From: Podarcis vaucheri
Lineage: Eukaryota
Direction: 5' to 3' (one strand)
DNA: 64,000 nt
NCBI GenBank assembly: GCA_965113315.1
Contig: OZ220373.1
The notes under the pieces were generated by a model. That model saw only the letters and a list, made by a program, of their open reading frames with translations, did no database searches and was not told the DNA's origin. Positions 12,930 through 25,500 of the stretch are shown piece after piece; the first letter of the stretch is position 1, and each line of letters opens with the position of its first letter. Both the position numbers and the translations under genes were made by a program.

Positions 12930-15900
12930 CTCTAGATCATTTATGAACAAGTTTAAAAGCACAGGTCTCTGGAGGACTCCCTTCCTTCCTTCCCTCCAGC
13001 AGAACTGCTCATTTATTTCTACACTCTGCCTCTTGTTACTGAACCAATTCCTGGTCCACAAGAGGACCTCTCCGCTTATATCACGACTGCTAAGCATACT
13101 GGAGAGTCTCTGGCAAGGTACTTTGCCAAAAGCTTTTTGAAAGTCCAAGAACACAGTGTCGGCCAGAACACCTCTTCTGTATGCCTGCTTAAACTCTCAA
13201 AGAACTCTAAATAGGTTAGTGAGACTCTCCTTCAGCAAAGGCTTCTTCTTCTATATGCTTGGTTATTTTTATTTGACAATATTTTTCACCCGTTTTCCCA
13301 GGACAGATGTTAAGCTAAGCGACCTGTAATTTCCAGGTTCCAACCCCTCCCCATGCCTGAATCCCTTTTAAACGTATTTGTGTCACACTGGACATGTTCC
13401 AGTCCTTGGGGTCTTAGGGACAAGTTCCACGTTTCTGTTAGGAGATCAGCAATTTCACATTTGAGTGCTCGTAAGAACAAGGCTCTTTGTTGCATGAACC
13501 TTTTGACTCAGTAGAAGTCTGCTATCGTGAAACAGGCAGAACAGTCCGAGGCCCCATAGCAAAGAATGTGAAACTTAAATGGACTGTATTTTATAAAACC
13601 ACAAAAAAACCACAAGAAGGAAAATTAACAAAGAACCAGTATGTGTATCTTGTCTGCCAAGACGGGAGGATTTCTTGAGGAGGCGCCCTCTGCCTTGGGT
13701 TGTTCTGCATGCTAAAGCAAATCCAAGAGGGCACTCGCAGCTCCCCTTCTGCAACTTCTAGTAAAATGTGATCTGGCCCCTCACTGCAATCCAGATCAGA
13801 AGATCCCCATCAGTTCCTCAGAGAATACCCATTGCTACCTCCACGTAACATTACAAGGATTTCCAAAATGGTCCTCCTTTGCCAACAACAAGAAGGTAAG
13901 ACACAATTCATCTGTGTCTCTTTAATAAGCCTAGCTATTGACATATAATTCTCTCCTGACTCTCATTCCAGATGGATTCACTTTCAATTTACCCAGAAAG
14001 CCCTATGAATATTCATCAACCTGGATAGAAGTGTCGAAAACTTTATTAAGGACAACATGCAGACTTTGCCAATATTCAAGCTACTACGCCAGGAGTTAAT
14101 GCGTGTAAATACCGACACACACAAAAAGGACTATAATCTCATATGGAAATGTAAACAGTTTTTTTAAAGGGAAGTCAAAAGTATATGCCACATAACACTT
14201 TAAGAATAATACTACATATGTATAGTCTTTTCTACACTATGTGAAACATATTTGTTATTTTGCACCCCAGATGTAATGTTTCCACACCAGTAGCCCCGCA
14301 CAGGAACCTGCAACTTCAAGACAGACAGGTGTCTCTGACCAGCCTTTCGCTTCATAGTACTTAAATCTACAAGACACACAAGGCTCTCCTTGTCCGTTTT
14401 GCTTTCCACACACAACAGCTGCGGTACCAGCTGCTGACAAACGCAGCAGAGCAAAATTCACAGTCTGGCTTGCTTGCCTGAACTCCAAGCGTATCTGGTG
14501 TGAGAGGATTAAGATTTCAGCCAAACGTTTACTGCTTTCAAGTCCCGATTTGACCTAGGACTGGTTAAGGTTCATTTGCAACAGAGGAGAACCCCAAAAT
14601 GTGGAAAATTCACCCTTTAACCAGTGTGCACCTTTGCATTTCAAGGGTGTCCCATGGCCCAAGGCCCACACAGGGGAGGCAGACTCTGCCCAAAGCAAAA
14701 GAAGGCATCCATGTTCCAAACCTTTGATTTGCCTGATGACACAGACCATGTGGATCGCACACATGTGCGAGGGCATGGCTGAATTGCCAGGCTCAGGTTT
14801 GGGTCAAATGACTTCAGGAATGGAGCCAATTCCACCAGGTCCATTATTGAAACATGCTATTTCCACTGGAACCAAATTCCAGTTGGGACGATAGTTTGCT
14901 ATCCTGAACAGCTCTGCAATGGGTGCAACTGAGGAGGAGTATTGCAACTATAAGAGTTTCTAAAAAAGGTTATAGAAGATGCAAAGGGGGATACCCATCT
15001 TGTTGTTGCTGCTACTGAATAAAACTCTCTTCCGTGAACAGTGAAACACGACGCAAACACAAGCCAGAATAACGAAAAAGAGTTAATGTACCAATCTTGA
15101 CAGGCGCGCAAGGAACCTTCCTGCTCACAGCAGACAAGTTTGTACTCCTATCTCCCGCTCCCAGGAGACGCATCAAGAGGAAACCTTGGTGCTTCTGGAG
15201 AGACGCCAGTGCAGCATCTCGCAGTGACAAAAGCTTTCCACGGCGCATCCTGCCAGTTTCTCTGCCCCACAAGAAAGCAGATGGAGGGAGGCACTTGAAG
15301 GCACGAGGGGTCTGCTTGCAGCCATCAAGAGCCGCTTGTCGTTCACACACCACCAATTCTCTTTGTGCGCAGAAGCCTCCAGTGCTCTTGAGAGTTTTAC
15401 TTTTCAAAACAATTCACTAAATGATTCAAAGCAGCATTTTTCAGAAGACAGACAAACTCGCCGGGTTGTTCTGTTAAAGCTATTGGGTTGACAGCTTTTT
15501 GTAAATATCTCACATTTCTTACACCCGTCAGGATCTTTTAATTCAACTCAACAGGCTTCTGACTTGCTTAAGAATTACAAAAGTGTTTTGATACTCTGTG
15601 TAGCAAAACACAGTTTCTGCCCTGCGTGAGAAACTGCTAAGAAAGCCTGACATCAGTGTTAGATAGGTGCTCCTTTTGCATGCTCTTGTTTTGCAGAATC
15701 CCCTAAAACTGCTACCCCGTATTTTCCCCACATTTAGCTCAGATTTCCCCTTTCCATGAAAAATATCATTGCTGCCAAGGACCCTTTTGTGATACCTCAA
15801 CAACACAGTTGCAATGCTAAGCCCACTGGCGGAAGAGCCCGGTGACATTGTGTAAATTCTGATCCATCTAAAACAACAAGGTTGCAAACATGAGCCTATT

Positions 15901-16648
15901 TTGATTCGGGGCACATCAGTGGCCTTCCGCTGGCCAGGGCAGCATCCAAATGGCACAAGTCAACAACAACACGGGGCAGAGAGGGAACCTGCTGCCACTC
16001 TCTGCTCCGGCCTGTTCAAACTCGGCTTCTGGGTGCTCTCTGGAGTGAAATCGGGAGGCCGCCAGGAGCAGCACAGTAGTTCATGGAAGGGTCTCCTCTC
16101 CCACACACCCACAACGGGTTGGGAAAGCATCTGGAGAGAGCATTCCACAAACGGGGGGCCACGACAAAAAAGGCCCTTTCTTGTGTTGTCACCCTCCAAA
16201 CCTTTTGGGGAAAGGGAACATAGAGAAGGGCCTCAGAAGACAAACTACAGACACAGCGGAACAGTGATGTCAACGCAACACTTCCATAAATAATCCTGGT
16301 TCTTCTACACAACACAGGTAGCCAACTTGGTGCCCCCAGATGTCGCTGAGCTCCAACTTCGCCCCAATCCCAGCCCTGTTGGCTGTTGGGGCTGAGGAGA
16401 GAGTCCAACAAAATCTGGTGGGGCACAAGTTCTGCAGCCCTCTGCCGTGGGGTCAACAAATGAAGCCCACCACAGTCAACTTCAGCAAGTTGTTGGTACC
16501 AGAGAGGAACATGCTCCATTTGTGCAGTTGCCCCAGAACGGTGTCTCCCTTAGACAAGCAAAGCAACCTTCAGACAACAGTCATGGCAAGGTTTACAAGC
16601 GCAGACACAGGTGGAAGGATGGGGGGAGGGACATTTCGCGGGCCCTAC

Positions 16649-16739
16649 CTCTTCAAATTGAAGCCGCACTTTATTAATGGCTCGGATCCAGCGGGCTCTC
16701 GCAGCGGGAAGGAGGAGAAGTTCATTTTCATCAAGGTGA
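16649..16739 (-). CDS. UNC13B: UNC13B exon (91 nt) with the calmodulin-binding helix: (S)HLDENELLLLPAARARWIRAINKVRLQFEE
   Basis: ttttttgcaag|TCACCTT...GAAGAG|gtaggg; phase 2-0; Munc13 CaM site W-x3-I-x2-V (WIRAVTKVRLQ in mammalian Munc13-2). Confidence 0.93.
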
Positions 16740-17192
16740 CTTGCAAAAAAGGAAAACGAGGAAAAAATGAGTGCTGGAAACTCAAGAGCAGTCTCATGAA
16801 ACTCAACACATGAAAAGAAGCTTTTATTGTAATGGTGGGAACAAACGCTGAGAACAGTTGGCCCCAGGAGACCTGGGATGGCCAGCAAAAGACAGAGAAT
16901 GGCATGGAAAGAACAGAAAGTGTGGCCGACAGGGACTGTGGTAGAGAACCCTGTAAGGAATGCACCCCATTAGTCACTGGACGAGTGTAAAATGATGATG
17001 AGGAGGAGGAGGAGGATTTATTAGATTTATTTAATGACGTTTGCCCTACCCTTTCTGACCCTAGAAACCAGTGGACTACTCAAAACCAGCTATGGCACTA
17101 CACCCATATCCTGTTTGTCTCTCCCAAGATCAACCAGAAAAATGACCTCAAGTTCAACTCCAAGGAATCCATGGCCAATGTGCACCACCTAC

Positions 17193-17486
17193 CTGCCCGG
17201 TGTCTTCGTGGCTTCTTTGGGCTCGTCTGCTTCAGGAGGTAGTTGAGGTGTGGCATGCTCTTTCACCTTCCCCTCTCCTTCCCTGTGCACTTCCTGGGGC
17301 TCATGCTGCTCGCTAGATGGCGCAGGGCCCTCTGTCGGGTGAGGAGGAGCAGCAGGCACCCCTTCTGCGAGCTCGTCCTCATGTTCGGAGCAGGGCACAC
17401 TCCCGTGATATTGGTCCAGCTCACTCAGCTGAGAGCTTCCCTGACTGATGTTACAGGAGGAACCAAACTTACTACTGCTGGCAGGA
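17193..17486 (-). CDS. UNC13B: UNC13B exon (294 nt): (S)[27 protein letters not shown]...EATKTPG
   Basis: ctcacag|TCCTGCC...GGGCAG|gtaggt; phase 2-2; matches mammalian [28 protein letters not shown]. Confidence 0.92.
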
Positions 17487-18817
17487 CTGTGAGAGAGCAA
17501 GGCATTAGTAAGTCAAAAGGTCTTGGCAACCAGGAAACAGCACAATGCATGCACACACACAGAGAGAGAGCGCAAATCCTAACTACACCAGGCCAAAGCA
17601 TCAAATGGAAACTCTAGCCAAGCAAATGTCTCTTGCACATTGCAGCCACTGTTCTCAGTCGCCCGCCACTTCCAGGTTTGTGTTTGCAATTTTTGTGCTG
17701 GGCCTAAGCCTCTGGACCCTATTGATATATCAATCAGGAACTGATAGCATCATCTGCTGCGCATCCTGTAAGTTGTTCACAGGCCATAAGAAAATTAAGA
17801 ATGGCAGCAAAAGTTTTGTGCGCATTGAACCTCTAAACTGCTAAGCTCAACACCTTCTCACAACAACGTTTGCCCCTAGCATGTCAACTGCACGTGGATT
17901 CTGGGACATGAGGGTTTCATCTTCACTCCCATTTCATTAACACATTCTTAAGTTTCTCCAGCAGCTGAGAATGGATCCTGTTGTAGCTGCCGTTTAGAAA
18001 AATCAGCCCTGTCTTCCAGCACAACATGGGCCCATTGCTGTTGCTGCTTGGGAGTGACTGATTATTATAAGGTTGGAGTTACTGCACCAGGAGCTGTTAA
18101 TTCAACAAGACACCCACACTCTCTCTCTCTCTCCATTGTGGAATTCTAAGAGGGAAGGGGCACAAATGCTTCTGGGCCGCTATTGAAGTGCCGCCTGGCT
18201 TTTGGCAGCCCACATAGGCAGAGACAGCTGCAAGAGGACCCAAGGCAGCTACACTCTGAAAATCCCATCTATTCCTTGGAAAACAGGCTGGGCAGAAAGG
18301 AAAATGCTTGAAGCAGGATCCCTGCTGGGCCAGTTGTCTAGAGATGGCGGGTGAGGAGGGCAGATTTAGCAATGATTTTAGTGACTAGCAGTTCTGTAAC
18401 TAGGGATGGGCAGCAAGAACACCGGCCCCAATCATCCCCCGGACAGGGGTAAACAGGGAGCAAAAGTCACCTAATATACTGATAGCTGTAACATGAAATC
18501 ACTGCAATTCTCTTCAATAGGGAATAATTAAGCATGTTTTTGAGATACGGTAAACTAGAAAACCAGTTATCAGCTTGCTTGGAGACCTAATGGGGACACC
18601 AAGGATCTCCTCATTGGCTCCAGATGCCTGCAGCCTAACGCAGAAAAGCACATTCAGCTAATGCCGCTGAATACAGCTGGTAAAAGTAGAGAAAAACGGA
18701 ATCATGTTAGCTGGGCAGTAACAGCTTCCGAGCAGCAAGAACTGGATGTTTCGGCATTAGTACCTTTAATAGTCCACGGCCATGTTTAACTTGTCCTGGT
18801 GGGAGGGGGGAGGTTTT

Positions 18818-19045
18818 AATCACAGAATCTTAGCAAGGCAGAGTTGGAAGGGACCCCCAGGGGTCATCCAGCCCAACCCCCTAAATGCAGGAATCACAGC
18901 TCAAGAATCCATGACAGATGGCCAGGCAACCTCTGCTTAGAAACCTCCAAGAAAGGAGAGTCCACCAACTCCCCAGGGAGTCTGTTCAACAGCTGCTACT
19001 GTCAGAAAGCTTTCGTCTGCTGTTTCATCGGAATCCCCTTCTGGG
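18818..19045 (-). mobile_element. CR1 LINE 3'-end fragment
   Basis: acagaatc...gagttggaagggaccccc...catccagcccaacccc, same family as 46718 and 62674. Confidence 0.7.
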
Positions 19046-19566
19046 TGTAGAAAAGTTATGCTGCAGGGGACTGAACTGCAACCACTGAAACAGCTTTTGC
19101 TGCCATCTGGGTCTCTCTCCCATCTTAAAACGTGGATGCCTTGTATGTTGTCTAACTAAGCTTCCTGCAAACCAAGAGAGCCCCCGATTTCCTTCCTCCC
19201 ACCATGTCATCTAGAGGTACAAGTCATTTTCTCTCACACACAATTAGGCTACGGAAGGTTAATGAAACTAATACTCAAAGCAGCCCACTCACAAGGACAC
19301 AGCACAAACGGAGAGCAAAGGGGAAGAGTCACTGCAGCCTTTTGGAACACAGGAAACCAGAAGTTGAGGAGGAGAAGGGCAGGAGAGGCTCTGGGTGGGC
19401 AGTCTAGCAACTAGCGTCCACAACTCTACCTACCACTGGGTACTACTAATGCCAAACACAGCCTAGAGGAGTCTGATCTACGAGGTCAGGCATCTACCGT
19501 TACGGCACTTGCATTATAAATGGCTCACAAGTTGGCACCATTTATCATGCTGTTTTGGCTACTGGC

Positions 19567-22500
19567 CTTTTCTTCCTGAGTGGCTCAGGGCTACTCTGCT
19601 CCGCTGGCTGCAGTCCAGTAGCAAGTGTTTCCGTTTCTGGACAAGGGACACTTTCCTTCTGCTCTGCTTCATCCTGAACCTGCGTGGCGCCTTCTGCTGG
19701 TTCCTCCAAGGGGAGCCCAGGAGGCTCACTGGAAATGGCGCTTGGCTCATCTTCCGTTTCTCTGGAGACCTCAAGCTCCAGCTCCTTGTTGGGCACAACC
19801 GGGATGTCAGGCGTGGGGCCATCAAAGCCTTCGTTGCTCTTGCTGTCGGGCTGCTTAGAAGAAAGGTCTGAATCAGCAGCACTGTCAGCTGGCTGCTCAG
19901 AGGCAGAGAGGTTGGGGCTCCCATCAGCACCGGTCACATCCACTGCTTGTTCCTCGGCTTTTGAGACAGCTTCTGGTGCCTTCAAATCCAGTTTGGATGA
20001 AGCCATTGGGGCCACCTCCTGTTTGGAGGAAGCTTTTGGTGTTGGCACATCTGGTTCCTTCTTGAGACCCGCCTCCTTGGCATCTTTCTGCCACGGAAAT
20101 GAGAAGTCCAGCTTCTTTCCAAACACAGCACCCGGAGTGGCCTCTACTTTACCTGCTTTCTCATCACTTCCTCCGCCAAACAGACTTGAGGAAAACTTGT
20201 TGAAGCTGGACACCAGGCCTGGCTCAGGCGCAGGCTTGCTTGCTGAAGGCGGCTGTGCAGAGAAGAAGGAGCCAAATGGCTTGCTGCTGTCTGCAGAAGA
20301 CATGAAGCCGAATTTGGGCAAAGTGGGCATGCTTGGAATTTCAAACATGGGCTTGGTGCTGCTGGTCTCTGCAGGAGCACTGGCTGGCTTGCTCTGGCCA
20401 GCCAAACTGCTTTTCAAGGGAGCAGCTTCTGGGGCTGCTGCGCTGACGGTTAGAGGCTCTTTCTGCTCAGGAGGAAGATCAGGTTTTATTTCAGGGACCT
20501 TTTCCATATCCTGACGGGGCAAGTCACGGGCCTCATCTGCAGCAGCTTTGGGTTCCATCTCCAGGGTCCCAAACGTGTCTGGTGGGCAAATATCAACATC
20601 TGCCTCATTCTTTATAGTTACTTCTTCAGTGGTTAGTGAAGTATCCGTCAGTTCTGGCAGTTTCAGGTGTTCATCTTCCTCACCAACCTTGGGTTCCAGC
20701 TCACATGTACCGCCCAAATCCATTTGGCCAATGTCTGTTTCTCCTGCCGGGCTCAATTGCTCTTCAACAGCAGGGACAGCATCATTTTCTGAGGGCTCCA
20801 CAGGCACTTCACTCTTCTCCTGCAGCACCACCGTCTCAACTGCATCCTGTCCCTCTTGACTACATGGGGCAGCCTTCCCTGCTTCATCAGATGCCAGTAA
20901 GTTTGTGTCCAGCTGCACCACTTCAGGGCCCTGACCCCTACTTGAGTCTAAAGTTTCTGAAGCATTAAGGGAGGGTTCCAGACCATGTCCAGGTCTTCCA
21001 CTGCTTTCAGCTTCCAATTCTGCCGTACATTCTTTTCCCAAACTCTCATCTGCTAAAGCAGAAGGGGCGTCTTGTTTCAAGTCACTGCTAGCTTCTTTCT
21101 CTGTAGGTTCAGCCCTAGAGGTTTGGTCCGGTTGTTTCAAAACGCTGCCAGCATTTGTCCCTAAAAGTTCATCCCTAGAGGCTTTATCTTCTTTTGCGAG
21201 ACCTTTACCAGGAACTGGGCCCACGGCCTCCTTTGCCCTGGAGCTCATTTCCTGGGGTTTTGAAGTGCCTGCGGTCTTCCCTGCAGGCTTTGAAAGGGTC
21301 TCGTCTGTTGCTCCTTTAAAAATGCCAAAGAGATCACTTGTAAATGCTGGAGGAGGCCCAGTGGGCAGGGAGGAAAGGCCGAAAAACGAAGTGCTCTTCT
21401 TTTGGGCACTAGGAGCTGCTGGAGTCTGAGGCTGGGAAAAGAAGCCAGATAATGTTTTGGTTGGTTTCATCTTTGTCATGAAGCTGGAAAACATTTCAAC
21501 TGAGGAATCTAGAACGGATTTGTCAGCCTCAGGCTCTTTAGGTTTCTCCTGCAGGTGAGGTGTTGCTGCTGCCATTTGAGGGAGAGGCCTCTGGCCCCGA
21601 GTCTGCTGCTCTCCGGCAGTATTTGGGGTCCTGTCAGGTTGCTTGGGCTCCGGGGGCTTGACTTCAGGGAGGCTTGGTTTTTCTTCAGGTACAACCTCCT
21701 GCGAAAGGTCTCCAGGAGCAGGCGATGGCTCAAGAGCCACAGGAGTCTCATTACAAACTGGACCGGGCTCTGCCTTTTCAGAAGTCTCGTTCCCACCTGA
21801 CGGAACAAATTCCTTCTCAGAGGGCACCACAATACCGTCACTCTTTTCTGCCTTGTCTTGCAGCTGCTCCTCTGGTTGTGGAATCTCCGGAAGGGAAGGT
21901 GGCATGTCTTCCTGCAGCGTAGGGACCTGAGAGCCAGGATCAGGACAGACTGAGTGGTCTTCCCTATCTGTACCATCATCAGGAGGTTTACTGGCCACAA
22001 AAGGTATCTCTACCTCATTTTTCGCTTCTGAAGCACTTGCCACAGCATGCTCAGCCGCAGGAGTTTTTAGCTCACTTGCCTTCTGCTCCAGGCCATCAGC
22101 CTCCTGCTTTCCAAGTACTGCTTCTACAACACCAGCCGCTGCCTCTTTATCCTTCAAGCCCTGCTGTCTGGCAAGTCCAATGCCAGAGTCAACAGAAACA
22201 CACTGCTTCATAGATGGCTTTGCGTCTGCTTGCTGTTGAGGCGGCCTTCCCAGGTTGCTTGCCTGCTGCTGAGGTGGCTTTGCAATAGTCCCCTTTTCAG
22301 GAGCAGCTGCCGGTGGCTTGTCATCCAGGAAGGAGGGCAGGTTGAAAAAGCTGAAGCTGGAGCTGCTCTGAGGCACGTTCTTCTTTGCGGTGGGCCCTCC
22401 GGAAAAGAAAGAAGGCATCTTGAACAGACCCTCTGCTTCCGGGGGCTTGGCGTTAGGAGCTGCTGGAGCTGGGGCAGGGGCTTTCTCTGGGGCACCGAAG

Positions 22501-25500
22501 AAGGAGGAGAAGATGCTCTTGCCAGCCGGCTGCGGTCCCTGCAGAGGCTTCGAAGGTGCTGCCTGCGACAAGCCAAAAGGCAGGCTGAACCCAGAATCCC
22601 TGGGTGGCTGGCTGCCTTTTCCTGGCTGAGTTTTACCAGGTATGGCTCCTGCACGGCCTTGCGGTCCCGCTGCAACAGCTGGTCCGTGGCCATGCTGCCC
22701 TGGAGAGCGATTTGCCTGGTCCATTCGAGGGCCTGCCTGCATGGGAGGCTTGGGTTCTGCATTCCCTGCGATGGGGATGTCCTCCTTCTTCACTTGAGCA
22801 GCTTCCTTGCCTACTTTCCCATGCTGTACTTCCTTAGGGACTGTGGGCTTCTGGGCAGCTTCCCCACGAGCCTGCTCCACGGGGATTCGAGGGGCAGGAG
22901 TGCTGCTCTTACTTGGCTCTCTGCTACGCTGGTCCGCGTTGTCATTCGGTTTCAGGGAGCTGTGGGTTCCACTCTTTGGCGGAGCAGGGGCTGCATCAAC
23001 TTTGAAAAGATCTCCTATGGAACCAAAGAATGATGAAATGCCTGGGGGCTCCACTTTCTCCTGAGGCATTTTCTTCTCGGCTTCGTTTTTCGTCAGATTT
23101 GGTTGGGGTGCTGGTGGTGGCTGTGGGGCTTTGTTGACCTGCGTTTTAAAGAAATCAAAGAACCCGGGGCCTTGACTTTTATTGGGGGCTGCAGGTGTGG
23201 AGGAGTCTTCTCCCAGGCTGAGAATCTTGAGAGCACTTTTAAACAACGTGCCCTCAGCCTCCGTGGGCGCTTGGCTGGGGGCTGGCTGGGTTTTCTTGGG
23301 CTCATCCTCACCCACTTTGGGTTTTTGTTGACTTGGGAGGGGAGCAGGCTTCACACTTTTATCCAGCTGACTGGTCTTGCTGTCCAGGGGACCCTGGCTT
23401 AGCTGAGAGGAAGACCTCACCAGCTGAGGCCTTTTCTGAGAAATCACTGGCTTTTCATCCCTAACAGACTTAACTAATCTGCCTCTCTCTTTTCTCTCTT
23501 GTTCATGCTCAGTGTGCTGCTGGTTTTGCACATCCTCTCCTGTTTTCCTGGGTGGCGAAGCTGGAAGAGCATCGTTTTTGTGTCCCAACACCACCGGTTC
23601 TCCTTTCTTCACAGCCGTGTCTTCCACTGTCTCATGCACTTCCATACCCTTACCCATCAGGCCACCCAAAGCAGAGAATAAAGATGCAACTTTATTCAGA
23701 GGTGGCTTTTTATCTTCTTCAGTGGTTTTGACTTCTGTAACACTCTGAGATGCCGATGAAGGCTCAGGCTTAGCAGAAGACTGGAATATATGGAAACCAA
23801 ACCGTCTTGACTGTCCACTTTCGGAAACTGTCACAGCAGGGGTCCTGTCCGGATGTTTGGGTAGAGCATCATCTTTTAGCCTCCCACTGGAAGCCACCCT
23901 GGAGTGAACTCTAAGGTCAAGGGTCAGGGGAGGCTCTTCTGAGTGCCACTCCATGTCATTCTCAGGCCTGAAGTCTACTTTGAGTTTTTGAAGTTTGTAC
24001 CCTGAAAAGTCTAAAGGCTGCTCTCTCTGGTAATAAATGGACTCCTCAAACATCTGCGAAAAGGTCTCTAAATTCATGTTCATAAGTTGATCACTTCTCT
24101 GCAGAGCTACAGACAAATCAAGTGGTTTGTTTACAGAGTAATTATCCAATTGCTCCTCTTCAGCAAACCAGAATAACTCGTCTTCATTACCAAGAGGCAC
24201 TTTGAAACCGCAAACGGCAATCATGTCATCTTCCAAGACAGTGCTCTGCAAAATGCTCTGCGGATAATTATAATCCCAGTAGTCTGGGTAGGTGTAAGTG
24301 TCAGGAGTGCAAATGTAGACATACTGCCCAGTGGGGTCGGTGAGCAGGGAATAAACAAACTGGCCGTCCCTGTACATGTAATATCCACAATCGCCATCTT
24401 CCGACGGCCACCACACGCCCTTCTCAAGCAGCACCAGCCAGTCCTGGTACTCCTGGCTATAAGATGAATAGACAAAACTGCCCTCCAGGCTCAAGGACTC
24501 CTGATCAATTAAGGTCCACATATTGCCATCACATGCCGATGAATAGCTCAAGTCCATGGGCATCTCTTCCAAAATATAGCTGCAGTCATCAAATGGAGGA
24601 AGATTTCCATTCAGAGAATGCGTTGCCCACATTTCAGTTTCTTCTAGACCTAAATCTTGTAAGTCTAACTGATCAAACGATTCGTGTGACATGACACTGA
24701 AATCCATGCTCAGGGCATCAAAATTGGCATTTGACCTCCAATCCACGACATTGGCATTGCCATCTTTTTTACACAAGTTCACTACGGCATCACTGGAGTC
24801 TGGCCATTCCAGAAACTCAGCCAGTGGGACAGAATTCTGCTGCAAGACGTAGTAAACGGGCAAGGAAACCTGGTGGGCATTGAGAGAAAATGCTCCTGCA
24901 TCATATTCCCAGTCAAAGCTAGAGTGGCTCCTTGTTTCCTCAAGAGTAAGATGCTGCTCTGAGTGGCCATACAATTTAGCATTCAGCAAAGAGGAATTGA
25001 GAAATTCATTTGACCTTTCGTTGAGAACTGCTTGATAAATATTGGAATCCATAGGTTGTCTATAAAGAGTCGGCTGCCCCGATAAGTCTTGTATCTTTGG
25101 CTGTGAGCTTAAAGCATTCTGAGAGGGGGGGTGCCAAGGGACGGGACCATGTCCGTTGTCCCTTTTGCTCAGTTCTGGGTGAGGAAAATGACCATTCGCC
25201 TTCGCAGTCTCAGTCACTGCCTCCTCCGCTTTTTCTTTTGGCCTCTGCATGAAGTTCTTTATGAAGCTGCCCGTCTCCGGTTTCCCCCCAGTGCTTTCTT
25301 GGGGACCAGGAGTCACATGTGAGCCAGCAGACTTGTCACCAGAACTAGTCTCTTCGCTCCTCTCAAAAAACTTCATTATGCCCAGAGAGCCTGGTTTTGC
25401 CTTATCTGGCATACTTTCGGTCAGGTTTTCACTTGAAGCAAACCTAAATAATCCGGAAAGTAAGCCAGCTGATCTGCTCTTCTGGCTGTCCGTTTCATTT

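Larger units (their letters stand above)
12170..13450 (-). mobile_element. Degraded CR1 LINE reverse-transcriptase region interrupted by two MITEs
   Basis: ORF 12843..13154(-) FLDFQKAFGKVP...LLWTRNWF..KRQSV.IN...LNLFINDLE, and VAKFAADSK beyond the insertions, are CR1 RT motifs (LDFxKAFD, FINDL, FADD). Confidence 0.8.

Noticed and set aside
16404-16420. 17-nt match to exon 5 (PHQILLD) in the downstream intron
   Set aside because: Similarity does not extend on either side, so it is treated as chance.
1-16648. bMunc13-2-specific large coding exon and the C1/C2B/MUN exons
   Set aside because: No ORF resembling them was found; they presumably lie beyond the left edge.
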